Virus record (IMG/VR): IMGVR_UViG_3300025132_007241
Coordinates: 1 to 61,389 of that record
Strand: one strand, 5' to 3'
DNA length: 61,389 nucleotides
Source: a virus
Lineage: Duplodnaviria > Caudoviricetes
Of the stretch, positions 9,317 through 17,872 are shown in pieces (within the stretch, counting starts at the first letter, position 1; every line of letters starts with the position of its first letter). The position numbers were made by a program, and so were the translations under genes. The notes below the pieces were generated by a model. It searched no databases. It was not told the DNA's origin and saw only the letters and a program-made list of their open reading frames with translations.

Positions 9317-9711
9317 CAACAGTTTTTATTAATGGCTGTTTTGATATCTTGCATCGAGGTCACCTAGAATTGTTTAAATATGGTGCCTCCCTGGGTACTA
9401 CTCTCGTCGTTGCAATCGATTCAGACGAAAAGGTCAGAGCAGCCAAAGGACCAGATCGTCCTGTTAACAGTGTAGAAGATCGAAAGTTTATGTTATCCTC
9501 ATTACGATACATCGATCAGGTCGAAGTGTTTAACACACCAGAAGAGCTTGTCGCACTAGTAAAACAAACCGCCCCTGATATTATGATTGTAGGATCAGAT
9601 TGGCAAGGTAAGCATATTGTTGGCGGAGAGCACGCCAAAAAGATTAAGTATTTTGAGAGAATAGATGGATATTCCACAACCAAAATCATTCAAAGTATTA
9701 GTGATAGGTGA
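9313..9711 (+). CDS. hldC: Heptose 1-phosphate nucleotidyltransferase (HldE C-terminal domain, RfaE2)
   Basis: NGCFDILHRGH, KGPDRPVN, VGSDW, RIDGYSTT. Confidence 0.9.
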   Translation: MTTVFINGCFDILHRGHLELFKYGASLGTTLVVAIDSDEKVRAAKGPDRPVNSVEDRKFMLSSLRYIDQVEVFNTPEELVALVKQTAPDIMIVGSDWQGKHIVGGEHAKKIKYFERIDGYSTTKIIQSISDR

Positions 9712-10435
9712 TGCCTGCACAGATCGGTATTATTATGGGGACTGCACACGGCTAAGTCCAGAGGCGCCTGTGCCCGTTTTGAAGCACTTATACACTGAAG
9801 AGCGCCTAGGCATGTGTTTGAACGTTGGAGCCAATCTAAAGGCTCTGGGCGCCTCTGTAGACGTTTTAAAGAATGACGAAATGATCTATAAGGATCGCTT
9901 TGTCGACGTCAAAACAAAACAGCATCTTTTAAGAGCGGATTTCGGTGAAAGCAAAGCAGTGATACCGATGGATACGTCCTGTCTTAATGTAAATTCATAT
10001 GACGCTGTCGTGGTATCAGATTATGATAAAGGATTCGTTAGTCGAACAGCAGCCGTTGAAATATCAACAAAATGTAACGAAGCTAAAATTCCGCTGTTTG
10101 TGGATTCCAAGAAAAAGAAATTAACTTGCTATGAACACTGTTTCATCAAAATAAACGAAAAAGAAAGAAACGAACTGCATTCATATTCTAAAACGGCAGA
10201 CCTAATTGTGACCTTGGGCGCAAAGGGGGTAGAGTGGGCAGGCACGGTGTACCCCACAACAGAATGCGAAGTGTTTGATGTGTCGGGTGCAGGCGATACT
10301 TTCCTTGCTGCGCTGGTGCATAAATATCTTGAAACCAAAGATACACCCACAGCGCTTAAATTTGCTAATGATTGTGCTAGAATAGTAGTACAAAAGTTTG
10401 GCACCTATTGCCTAAAGCCAGGAGATCTTACATAG
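9665..10435 (+). CDS. hldA: Heptose 7-phosphate kinase (HldE N-terminal domain, RfaE1; PfkB family)
   Basis: RLSPEAPVPVL, VSDYDKG, VDSK, VTLGAKG, DVSGAGDTFLA. Confidence 0.88.
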   Translation: MDIPQPKSFKVLVIGDACTDRYYYGDCTRLSPEAPVPVLKHLYTEERLGMCLNVGANLKALGASVDVLKNDEMIYKDRFVDVKTKQHLLRADFGESKAVIPMDTSCLNVNSYDAVVVSDYDKGFVSRTAAVEISTKCNEAKIPLFVDSKKKKLTCYEHCFIKINEKERNELHSYSKTADLIVTLGAKGVEWAGTVYPTTECEVFDVSGAGDTFLAALVHKYLETKDTPTALKFANDCARIVVQKFGTYCLKPGDLT

Positions 10436-10765
10436 ATGAACTATGTATTTGATATAGATGGTACAATTTGTACCACCACAGAGGGGAACTATGAGACAGC
10501 TAAACCTCTCGCTGATCGTATTGCGATCGTTAATGCTCTTTATGATGAGGGGCACACAATTATTTTCCAAACGGCTCGTGGAATGGGGCGTAGCGATAAC
10601 TCTGTTGCCTATGCAAACACTGCATTTTATGAGTTAACAAAACGGCAGTTGAACAACTGGGGAGTTAAGTATCACTCTCTATTTTTAGGAAAACCAGCAG
10701 GAGATATATACATCGATGACAAAGGAATTAAAGACAAAGACTTCTTTGCCCATGAAACACGTTGA
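10436..10765 (+). CDS. Small HAD phosphatase (capsule biosynthesis phosphatase-like; candidate GmhB substitute)
   Basis: FDIDGTIC, TARG, GKP, YIDDK. Confidence 0.8.
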   Translation: MNYVFDIDGTICTTTEGNYETAKPLADRIAIVNALYDEGHTIIFQTARGMGRSDNSVAYANTAFYELTKRQLNNWGVKYHSLFLGKPAGDIYIDDKGIKDKDFFAHETR

Positions 10766-11093
10766 TAAAGGTTGGGGCTGGGAACGTTGGATTGTTAACT
10801 GTGAAGAATATTGCGGCAAACTCTTGTTTTTCAATTCTGGAAAGCGGTGTTCGTGGCACTACCATGTATTGAAGGACGAGGTATTCTATCTACAATCCGG
10901 TAAGATGATGATATACTTTTCCGAACAGGATGATATCACTAAGGCTGAGCAATTAGTTTTAAACGCCGGGGACAACTTCCATGTTTACCGCGGCTTACGT
11001 CATCAGATGGTGGCTCTGGAAGACTCGGAACTATTTGAGTTTTCGACACAACATTTTGACAGCGATAGCCATCGTGTCATAAAGGGTGATTAA
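10716..11093 (+). CDS. Cupin-domain protein (sugar-phosphate isomerase-like)
   Basis: KGWGWE, SWHYHVLKDEVF, RHQM cupin metal ligands. Confidence 0.8.
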   Translation: MTKELKTKTSLPMKHVDKGWGWERWIVNCEEYCGKLLFFNSGKRCSWHYHVLKDEVFYLQSGKMMIYFSEQDDITKAEQLVLNAGDNFHVYRGLRHQMVALEDSELFEFSTQHFDSDSHRVIKGD

Positions 11094-11789
11094 ATGACAA
11101 CAGAAATGGACTGGTTCCTGGAGAACCTCAGGACAAAAACTCCTTTTGGCTACGCGCGGTTTAACGATGGCGAGATGATGGCAATCGACCAGATTGGATC
11201 TGTAGTTGCCCGTGGCGATCAGGTTGTAGACGAGTCTTTACACAATGCGCTCAACGAAGCCATTATTCACAAACAAGAGCGTTACTATATTGGTATCCCT
11301 TGTTCATTATGTTACCCACGCCTTGCAGCTCTTGCCCACGAAGTAGTGGGTGACTACGACTATCTAACAAGCGCCGTCGCAACAACAAACAGAAATTGGA
11401 AGCATTTTATTACGTCTTTCCCGGCTGCAATGGAAGGTCGCCGGCTCGTATGGGTGGGAGGTAATGACCAGAACCCCGATGCAATTCGTGATTTAGGAAT
11501 TACTGTAGGGAAAACGGCACTTGTCCCGCGCAAAAACAGCTGGAAATTCTATGACAAGATTCGCCAGGCGCTTCCCGAACACTTCCAACCGGGAGATGTG
11601 GTGGGCATATCACTAGGACCAACTGCGAGGATCCTTGTTAGACAATGGTTTGAGGAGTTCCCGGATCTCACATTTATCGATATGGGTAGCAACCTTGATC
11701 CATTTACGCGCAACGTGCGTCACAATTGCCACAAGGGCTGGGACGAGACTGGATTTAACCTGACTAAGCGCTGCCCGGAGTGCAACTAA
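11094..11789 (+). CDS. GT-D fold (DUF1792-like) glycosyltransferase, putative
   Basis: ARFNDGE, SLGPTARIL, IDMGSNLD motifs. Confidence 0.6.
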   Translation: MTTEMDWFLENLRTKTPFGYARFNDGEMMAIDQIGSVVARGDQVVDESLHNALNEAIIHKQERYYIGIPCSLCYPRLAALAHEVVGDYDYLTSAVATTNRNWKHFITSFPAAMEGRRLVWVGGNDQNPDAIRDLGITVGKTALVPRKNSWKFYDKIRQALPEHFQPGDVVGISLGPTARILVRQWFEEFPDLTFIDMGSNLDPFTRNVRHNCHKGWDETGFNLTKRCPECN

Positions 11790-11790
11790 C

Positions 11791-12519
11791 ATGAGAATTT
11801 ACCTTTCTACTTCGAACAAATACAATGTTCTCTGTCCTATCAATATTCATTTTTTGAATAAGTATTGGCCTGGGCAAGACATCACATTGGTCGGGTATGA
11901 AAAGGTACTCGAACTAAAAGATCTCCCGGATAATGTAACAGTCCATAGCCTCGGTAACCAAGACAACTTTGGAAAGACATGGACGAACGCCCTTATTCCA
12001 TTCTTTCGCGATATCCCGGAAGAATATTTTGCTTTAATCCTGGACGATCAGGTGTTGGCGCACCCAGTAGATCAAAGTAAAATGGATCTTCTAGAAAAGT
12101 ATTTCAAGTTTGGCAGAGCAGAAAAAGCTATGATTGGGGGAGGTGTGCAATTCTCGGACGGTAAAAGAATTGGAAATGACTTAGTTGAAATTCGCCAGGA
12201 TGTCCCGTACAGAACGTCACTACACCCGGCTATTTGGAAGAAAAGTTATTTTCTCAAGTACCTAAAACCTAATTTTACTTCATGGGATTTTGAATTAAAA
12301 AATGAAGCCCGTAATGACCAAGCCAGAATTTTAAACTTTGATTATGATTACCCCAATGAGCCCCATCCCTATTGCAATGTGGAACTCTACAATAAGGGAG
12401 AGATCACAATCAACAGTGCAGGAGAGACGATTACCAATCAACCGTCGACCCCATTCTTCAAGAAAGAAGACTTAAAATATATGTGGGACGAAATCCACAA
12501 AGAAGGAATCAAGATATGA
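11791..12519 (+). CDS. Glycosyltransferase-like (GT-A) hypothetical protein
   Basis: ILDD, YRTSLHPAIWKK, SWDFE; position in glycan locus. Confidence 0.5.
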   Translation: MRIYLSTSNKYNVLCPINIHFLNKYWPGQDITLVGYEKVLELKDLPDNVTVHSLGNQDNFGKTWTNALIPFFRDIPEEYFALILDDQVLAHPVDQSKMDLLEKYFKFGRAEKAMIGGGVQFSDGKRIGNDLVEIRQDVPYRTSLHPAIWKKSYFLKYLKPNFTSWDFELKNEARNDQARILNFDYDYPNEPHPYCNVELYNKGEITINSAGETITNQPSTPFFKKEDLKYMWDEIHKEGIKI

Positions 12520-13439
12520 GAGCACTAGTATTAGGACACACAGGGTTTGTAGGATCAAACTTGATGACATACCTTATCGCACAGGGTGTCGATGTCATGG
12601 GGGTATCCCGAGAAAACTGCGATCTTCGCATTCAGGGACATTTTGAGGAATACCTTAGAGAAGCAGGAGAGGGGCTGGATGTTATTTTTAACTGCGCCGC
12701 AAATGTCGGAAGTGTTCATTACGTTACGGAATTTGCTGGCGACGTCATGTACGACAACACCCAAATGGTCTTAAACATTTATAACGCTGTTCGTGAAGTC
12801 ACCCCCTCTACGGTGATTGTCAACCCTCTGTCTAACTGTTGTTATGCTAACGGAACCCAAGTACAAGATGAAACCAAGTGGCTAGAGGGCGAAGTACATC
12901 CTTCAGTGTTTTCGTTTGGTAATTTTAAGCGGGTCCTATATTATATATCTCGTTGCTACAGTATGCAATACGGCGTAAGAAGCGTAAACCTTATGTTCCC
13001 CGGTATTTACGGTCCTGGTGATAGCACAGACCCGAACAAAGTACACGCACTTAACGGAATGATTATCCGCATGTTGGGTGCCATTGAGGCAAATGACGAG
13101 CACTTTGAAATTTGGGGTACCGGGAAGCCAATCCGCGAGTGGGCATACATTGATGACGTTTGCAAAATTATGCATATGAGCGTCGATTTAGGTGAGATGA
13201 TTGAGCCTGTTAACGTAGCTCAAGGTAAAGGATTTACTATTGCTGAAACCGGCGGGTGCATCGCCGCAGCCACTGGCTATACCGGAGAGCTTGTCTTTAA
13301 TACAGAATATCAAGACGGTGCCCCAGTGAAAATTCTAGGAATGGGCAAGTTTGCCACAGTTTTCGAAGGCTATGAATTCTCGGATCATCAAGAAGGAATT
13401 AACCATACAGTTGAATATTATAAAGGAGTACTAAACTAA
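12516..13439 (+). CDS. GDP-fucose synthase (Fcl/WcaG)-like epimerase/reductase with FxxxK in place of YxxxK
   Basis: GHTGFVG, CDLR, AANVG, SNCCY, IYGPGD, HALNGMI, IWGTGKPIREW, DGAP. Confidence 0.8.
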   Translation: MRALVLGHTGFVGSNLMTYLIAQGVDVMGVSRENCDLRIQGHFEEYLREAGEGLDVIFNCAANVGSVHYVTEFAGDVMYDNTQMVLNIYNAVREVTPSTVIVNPLSNCCYANGTQVQDETKWLEGEVHPSVFSFGNFKRVLYYISRCYSMQYGVRSVNLMFPGIYGPGDSTDPNKVHALNGMIIRMLGAIEANDEHFEIWGTGKPIREWAYIDDVCKIMHMSVDLGEMIEPVNVAQGKGFTIAETGGCIAAATGYTGELVFNTEYQDGAPVKILGMGKFATVFEGYEFSDHQEGINHTVEYYKGVLN

Positions 13440-14572
13440 TGGAACAAGATTACAAGATGGAAGAACCCGTCATTCGCTGCTGGAGTGTTTTCATTCCGGA
13501 CCATGCTGGTGATGAAGTAACAAAGACTCTTAAGTCAACCTGGATTAACACAGGCAAGAAAGAAAAGGAATTCCGCTCCAAGATTTGTGAACGGTTCAAC
13601 GCCCCCTATGCTGTCGCGTGTATGACGGGCACAGCTGCTCTTAAAATTGCTCTCAAGGCGCTAGGCATCGGTCCTGGAGATGAAGTCGTTAGCACGCCCT
13701 TTACCTTTATTGCCACCAACACAGCCATCCTTGAAGTAGGGGCAACCCCGGTATTTGCGGATATCCAATACGATACTCTGAATATTGATCCCAAGAGTGT
13801 CGCCGAAAAGATTACAGATAAGACAAAAGCTATTATGTGTGTGCACTACGCGGGCAACCCCGTCGATCTAGACGAACTCCGCGAAGTTGCCGCCGCCCAC
13901 AATCTACCAATTATTGAAGATAGTGCCCACGCACAGGGCACTCGCTATAAGGGTAATCCCATTGGTTCAACTGGAGATGTGGCTACGTTTTCATTTCAGT
14001 GTGTTAAGATTGTTACCAGCGGCGACGGCGGCGTGGTTACCACAACGCGCCCAGAGGTCTATGCAAAGCTTAAAAAGCAGTCATGGTATGGCATCGACCG
14101 CGACACCAAGAAAACGAGCATCCTCGACCCGCTCCCAGCCCCACCGGATGGTCTAGGATTCAAGTCTAACATGAATGACATCACGGCCACGCTCGCATGC
14201 GTAGCTATTGACAGTTTAGACGAAGCATTAGCTATCCGGAAAGAAATGGGTGAGCGATATCGGAATGAGCTGTCCGGACTCAACAAGGTGACGTTAGTAG
14301 ACTACAAGGATCACTGGACGCCGAATTATCAGATCTTCCCGATTCATGTAGAAAACCGAGATGAGTTTGCCCAGTACATGTGGGATCGTAATATTCAGGT
14401 CAATGTTAACAATCGACGTAATGACATTTATGAGATGTTTGGTGGTCTGTGTGATTTGCCTAATCTTAAGCGTTGTGATGAAGACGTTATCTTGATCCCC
14501 CTACATGCAGACCTTACATATGCGGATCTAACGCGCGTTATTGATGCGATTAAGGAATATGATGCTTTATGA
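13439..14572 (+). CDS. DegT/DnrJ/EryC1/StrS PLP-dependent sugar aminotransferase
   Basis: GTAAL, GDEV, TFIAT, PVFADI, VHYAG, IEDSAHA, SFQCVKIVTSGDGG. Confidence 0.93.
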   Translation: MEQDYKMEEPVIRCWSVFIPDHAGDEVTKTLKSTWINTGKKEKEFRSKICERFNAPYAVACMTGTAALKIALKALGIGPGDEVVSTPFTFIATNTAILEVGATPVFADIQYDTLNIDPKSVAEKITDKTKAIMCVHYAGNPVDLDELREVAAAHNLPIIEDSAHAQGTRYKGNPIGSTGDVATFSFQCVKIVTSGDGGVVTTTRPEVYAKLKKQSWYGIDRDTKKTSILDPLPAPPDGLGFKSNMNDITATLACVAIDSLDEALAIRKEMGERYRNELSGLNKVTLVDYKDHWTPNYQIFPIHVENRDEFAQYMWDRNIQVNVNNRRNDIYEMFGGLCDLPNLKRCDEDVILIPLHADLTYADLTRVIDAIKEYDAL

Positions 14573-15288
14573 GAGGGCTTATCGGTCATACTGGATTCGT
14601 AGGATCGAATATTCTAGAGCAGTCTAAGTTTGATAAGTGTTATAATTCCAAGAATATAGAGTCCATAGCAGGCGAAAACTTTGATGTTCTAGTCTGTGCG
14701 GGCGTAAGCAGCGTCAAATGGAGAGCGAACAAAGAACCTGAAGAAGATTTCAAGCAAATTGAGCGACTGATCAGCAGTATTAACAAGGCTACGTTCAAAA
14801 CATTAGTACTCATTTCAACGATCGCAGTGTATGATAATCCTGCAGATAGTGCATATGGTCGGCATAGATTGTATCTAGAGACCTATTTAATGAACAAATA
14901 TAAGAACGTTTATATTACTCGCTTGCCATCCTTATTCGGGAAAGGATTAAAAAAGAACGTAATCTATGATTTAATGAATGAGGATTATAGATTTGTTCCA
15001 AGTCCATGGAGTTATTTTCAATACTATTGCTTAGACAACATCTGGAAAGATATCCAAAAGCAGATTGATTTAGATATTAAGACATTAAATATTAACTCGG
15101 AAAGAGTGCCGTTTGGTAAGGTGTTGAATCTTTTTGGGCTAAACTTAGAACAATTTAGAAGAAATAAAGTAGTGCAAGAAAACATGTTGAGTGATCACGC
15201 TGAACACTGGGGACAGACGGGAGACTATCTGTATACTCAGGAAGAGACACTAGAAGAGATTAAGAAGTTTATAACACCACATGAATGA
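14569..15288 (+). CDS. NAD-dependent epimerase/dehydratase-like (atypical SDR)
   Basis: GHTGFVG, KWRAN, LISTIAVY, YGRHR, RLPSLFGKGLKKN. Confidence 0.75.
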   Translation: MRGLIGHTGFVGSNILEQSKFDKCYNSKNIESIAGENFDVLVCAGVSSVKWRANKEPEEDFKQIERLISSINKATFKTLVLISTIAVYDNPADSAYGRHRLYLETYLMNKYKNVYITRLPSLFGKGLKKNVIYDLMNEDYRFVPSPWSYFQYYCLDNIWKDIQKQIDLDIKTLNINSERVPFGKVLNLFGLNLEQFRRNKVVQENMLSDHAEHWGQTGDYLYTQEETLEEIKKFITPHE

Positions 15289-15568
15289 ATACTACGCAAA
15301 ATACTTAACGCTCCACAAGCACCCGACAAACCGGCTGCTGCATTTTGTTGGGCTTTGGGTCACAATTCTTTTTGTAGGCTGGGTAGTTGCTTCGAAGCTC
15401 TGGCTTCTTCTATTGCTAGCTCCATTTGTGGTATACCCGTTTGCTTGGTCGGGACACTACATTTTTGAAAAGAATAAACCAGCTGCATTTCATAATCCCA
15501 TTAAAGCTAAGATTGCTGATTGGATGATGTTTAGAGATATCTTACTTGGAAGGTTAAGGATATGGTAA
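15281..15568 (+). CDS. DUF962/Mpo1-like membrane protein
   Basis: YLTLH..PTNRLLHFVG, two hydrophobic helices, FAWSGHYIFEKNKPAAF. Confidence 0.85.
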   Translation: MNEYYAKYLTLHKHPTNRLLHFVGLWVTILFVGWVVASKLWLLLLLAPFVVYPFAWSGHYIFEKNKPAAFHNPIKAKIADWMMFRDILLGRLRIW

Positions 15569-16509
15569 AGAAGAAAATATTAGTTACCGGCGGTGCCGGA
15601 TATGTTGGAACAGCATTGCTTCCAAAACTACTTGAAGCCGGTCATGAAGTTACCGTCTTCGACAATCTGATGCAGGGAGGTAATCAATTACTCTCGTTCT
15701 TTAGAAATAAGAACTTTCATTTTATTAATGGGGATGTAACCATCAAGAAGGATCTAGAGGAGGCAGTAAAGGGGATGGATGTGATTGTCCACCTCGCAGC
15801 CATTGTGGGCTTCCCCGCCTGCAAGAATAATCCTGAATTAGCCACTGCTGTCAATGTTGACGGGACGCAGAACCTGATCGATGTAACAACCCCGGATCAG
15901 GTTATTTTGTATGGCTCCACGGGCAGCAACTACGGGAAAGTAACGGACATCTGCACAGAGGAGTCCCCGCTCAACCCCTTGAGCCTCTATGGTGAGACTA
16001 AGACTAAAGCTGAGCATATGCTGATGGCTCGCGGCAACACTGTTGCGTATCGTTTTGCTACTGCCTTCGGTGTGTCGCCTCGCCTTCGGCTAGACCTTCT
16101 TATCAATGACTTTACCAACAAGTGCCTCCGAGATGGGTATCTAGTGGTTTACGAAAAGCACTTCATGCGTACGTTCATACATGTTTCAGATATGGCCAAT
16201 GCTTTCATGCTGGCAATCAATAATTTGGACAAGATGGTTAACAATGTTTATAACATTGGTGATGACTCAATGAACTATAGCAAAGAAGAGATTTGCAATA
16301 TGGTGGCTGAAAAAACGGACGCCTTCATCCACTTTGAGGAGATTGGCTCTGACGCTGACAAGCGCAACTACGTAGTGAGTTACGACAAGGTCCGCGCCCT
16401 AGGGTTTCGCACGGAGGTCACAATCCAGGACGGCATCGACGAGATTATCAAGGCTCTGAACGTTGTAGACTTTACAAATCCCTATGTCAATATCAAGCGA
16501 GGTCTGTAA
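15562..16509 (+). CDS. NAD-dependent epimerase/dehydratase (extended SDR)
   Basis: TGGAGYVG, HLAAIVG, STGSNYG, YGETK, RFATAFGVSPRLRLDLLIN. Confidence 0.9.
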   Translation: MVKKKILVTGGAGYVGTALLPKLLEAGHEVTVFDNLMQGGNQLLSFFRNKNFHFINGDVTIKKDLEEAVKGMDVIVHLAAIVGFPACKNNPELATAVNVDGTQNLIDVTTPDQVILYGSTGSNYGKVTDICTEESPLNPLSLYGETKTKAEHMLMARGNTVAYRFATAFGVSPRLRLDLLINDFTNKCLRDGYLVVYEKHFMRTFIHVSDMANAFMLAINNLDKMVNNVYNIGDDSMNYSKEEICNMVAEKTDAFIHFEEIGSDADKRNYVVSYDKVRALGFRTEVTIQDGIDEIIKALNVVDFTNPYVNIKRGL

Positions 16510-17150
16510 TGTCAAAGCACAAATATAACTTCTCTCTCACTAACACTACTGCTAAAACCGATGAGCCACACCCCGAGAATCTGAAAAAAACATGGCAACA
16601 TAATAGACCAGTCGAAGGCGCTACTGCAGCTGCTGTATTCGGTGAAGGCAACGGTGACACGGAGTATGTCAACATCTTTAATGCTCATTATCCTAACTTT
16701 GAAGGCAAGGTTCTTGAAATTGGCGCCGGCACCGGTTGGTTTGCTAAACAGATTCTTACGAGTTGCCCTAATGTAGAATATACCATTTTAGACATTGAAA
16801 GGAATATTGAAGACACAATTAAGAACACGCTCTCGGATTTCCCTGATGTTTGTTATATAACCTCTGCTAACTATAAAGATGCTTTGACGGAAACATACGA
16901 CCTGTTTATAGAGACCCATTGTTTGTCGGAGACTCCTCAATATTACTATACAGACATTCTCGGTAAACTCCAGACCAAAAATTGTTTAGTGATTGATTAT
17001 GGCGGCGATCCAAATGATCCGGGTTTTAACGACACTCTCGACACATGGTTCTCTCAATTTGCACACCAGGACAAATCGATTAACCGAGCCCTCCTAGGCG
17101 GCAACAATTATCCCATCCCAGTCTATATTGGTAAATCAGACAAGGCATAA
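16509..17150 (+). CDS. Class I SAM-dependent methyltransferase (putative sugar O-methyltransferase)
   Basis: VLEIGAGTG, YTILD, HCLSE. Confidence 0.75.
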   Translation: MSKHKYNFSLTNTTAKTDEPHPENLKKTWQHNRPVEGATAAAVFGEGNGDTEYVNIFNAHYPNFEGKVLEIGAGTGWFAKQILTSCPNVEYTILDIERNIEDTIKNTLSDFPDVCYITSANYKDALTETYDLFIETHCLSETPQYYYTDILGKLQTKNCLVIDYGGDPNDPGFNDTLDTWFSQFAHQDKSINRALLGGNNYPIPVYIGKSDKA

Positions 17151-17872
17151 TGAATCCAAATATCTCCAATCCTTTTGCGCCCTATAAAGACTCTCATGCA
17201 GGGGCAACTGCAATCTTGTGCGGCTCTGGACCCACACTTTTAGAGTTTGATGCATCGCTGGTTCCTGAAGGAGTGTTGCGATTCGGTGTAAATGATCAGA
17301 TTTTCCTTGACCTAGATCTAGATTATTGGTTTATGGGAGATTCCGTTCCGCAAGTCCCGGACAAGTTTTGGAATCGGTACAACGACTTTAACGACTACCT
17401 ACCCAAGAGACAGAAGTTTGTGCGTTTCTGTAATTGGGTCGACGATAGGGAGATTATAATTCAACCCTACGGTCGTGTGCCGCGGAATGGACAGTTACCT
17501 CTTAACCTTAAAAACGCCAAGTACTATGTATCGGACAGTGGAGGAAACCCTGATCACTGCAAGTTCAAAAAGAATATAGCAGAGGGAAATTTGACTTCTG
17601 TTGCATCAATTACTTTTGAAGTGCTCCAATTCATGTTATACTGTGGCATAAAGAAGATCTTTTTAGTGGGACAAGATTGTGATTATTCTGGTGGAACCTT
17701 TGCCAAGATTATGATAGGCAAACAACAGAGGGCGGATTACTATATCCTCAGATACTGGAAGCATGTAAAAGAGTGGATTACAGAAAATCACCCTGATGTT
17801 GAGATTTATAGCATCAACCCCGTGGCTTTAGATATCTTCCCCGAAGCCAAGATAGAGGACATTAAATGTTAG
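17150..17872 (+). CDS. Maf/DUF115-like (sialyltransferase-related) glycosyltransferase, putative
   Basis: AILCGSGPTL, FGVN, YWFMGD, YCGIKKIFLVGQDC. Confidence 0.65.
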   Translation: MNPNISNPFAPYKDSHAGATAILCGSGPTLLEFDASLVPEGVLRFGVNDQIFLDLDLDYWFMGDSVPQVPDKFWNRYNDFNDYLPKRQKFVRFCNWVDDREIIIQPYGRVPRNGQLPLNLKNAKYYVSDSGGNPDHCKFKKNIAEGNLTSVASITFEVLQFMLYCGIKKIFLVGQDCDYSGGTFAKIMIGKQQRADYYILRYWKHVKEWITENHPDVEIYSINPVALDIFPEAKIEDIKC

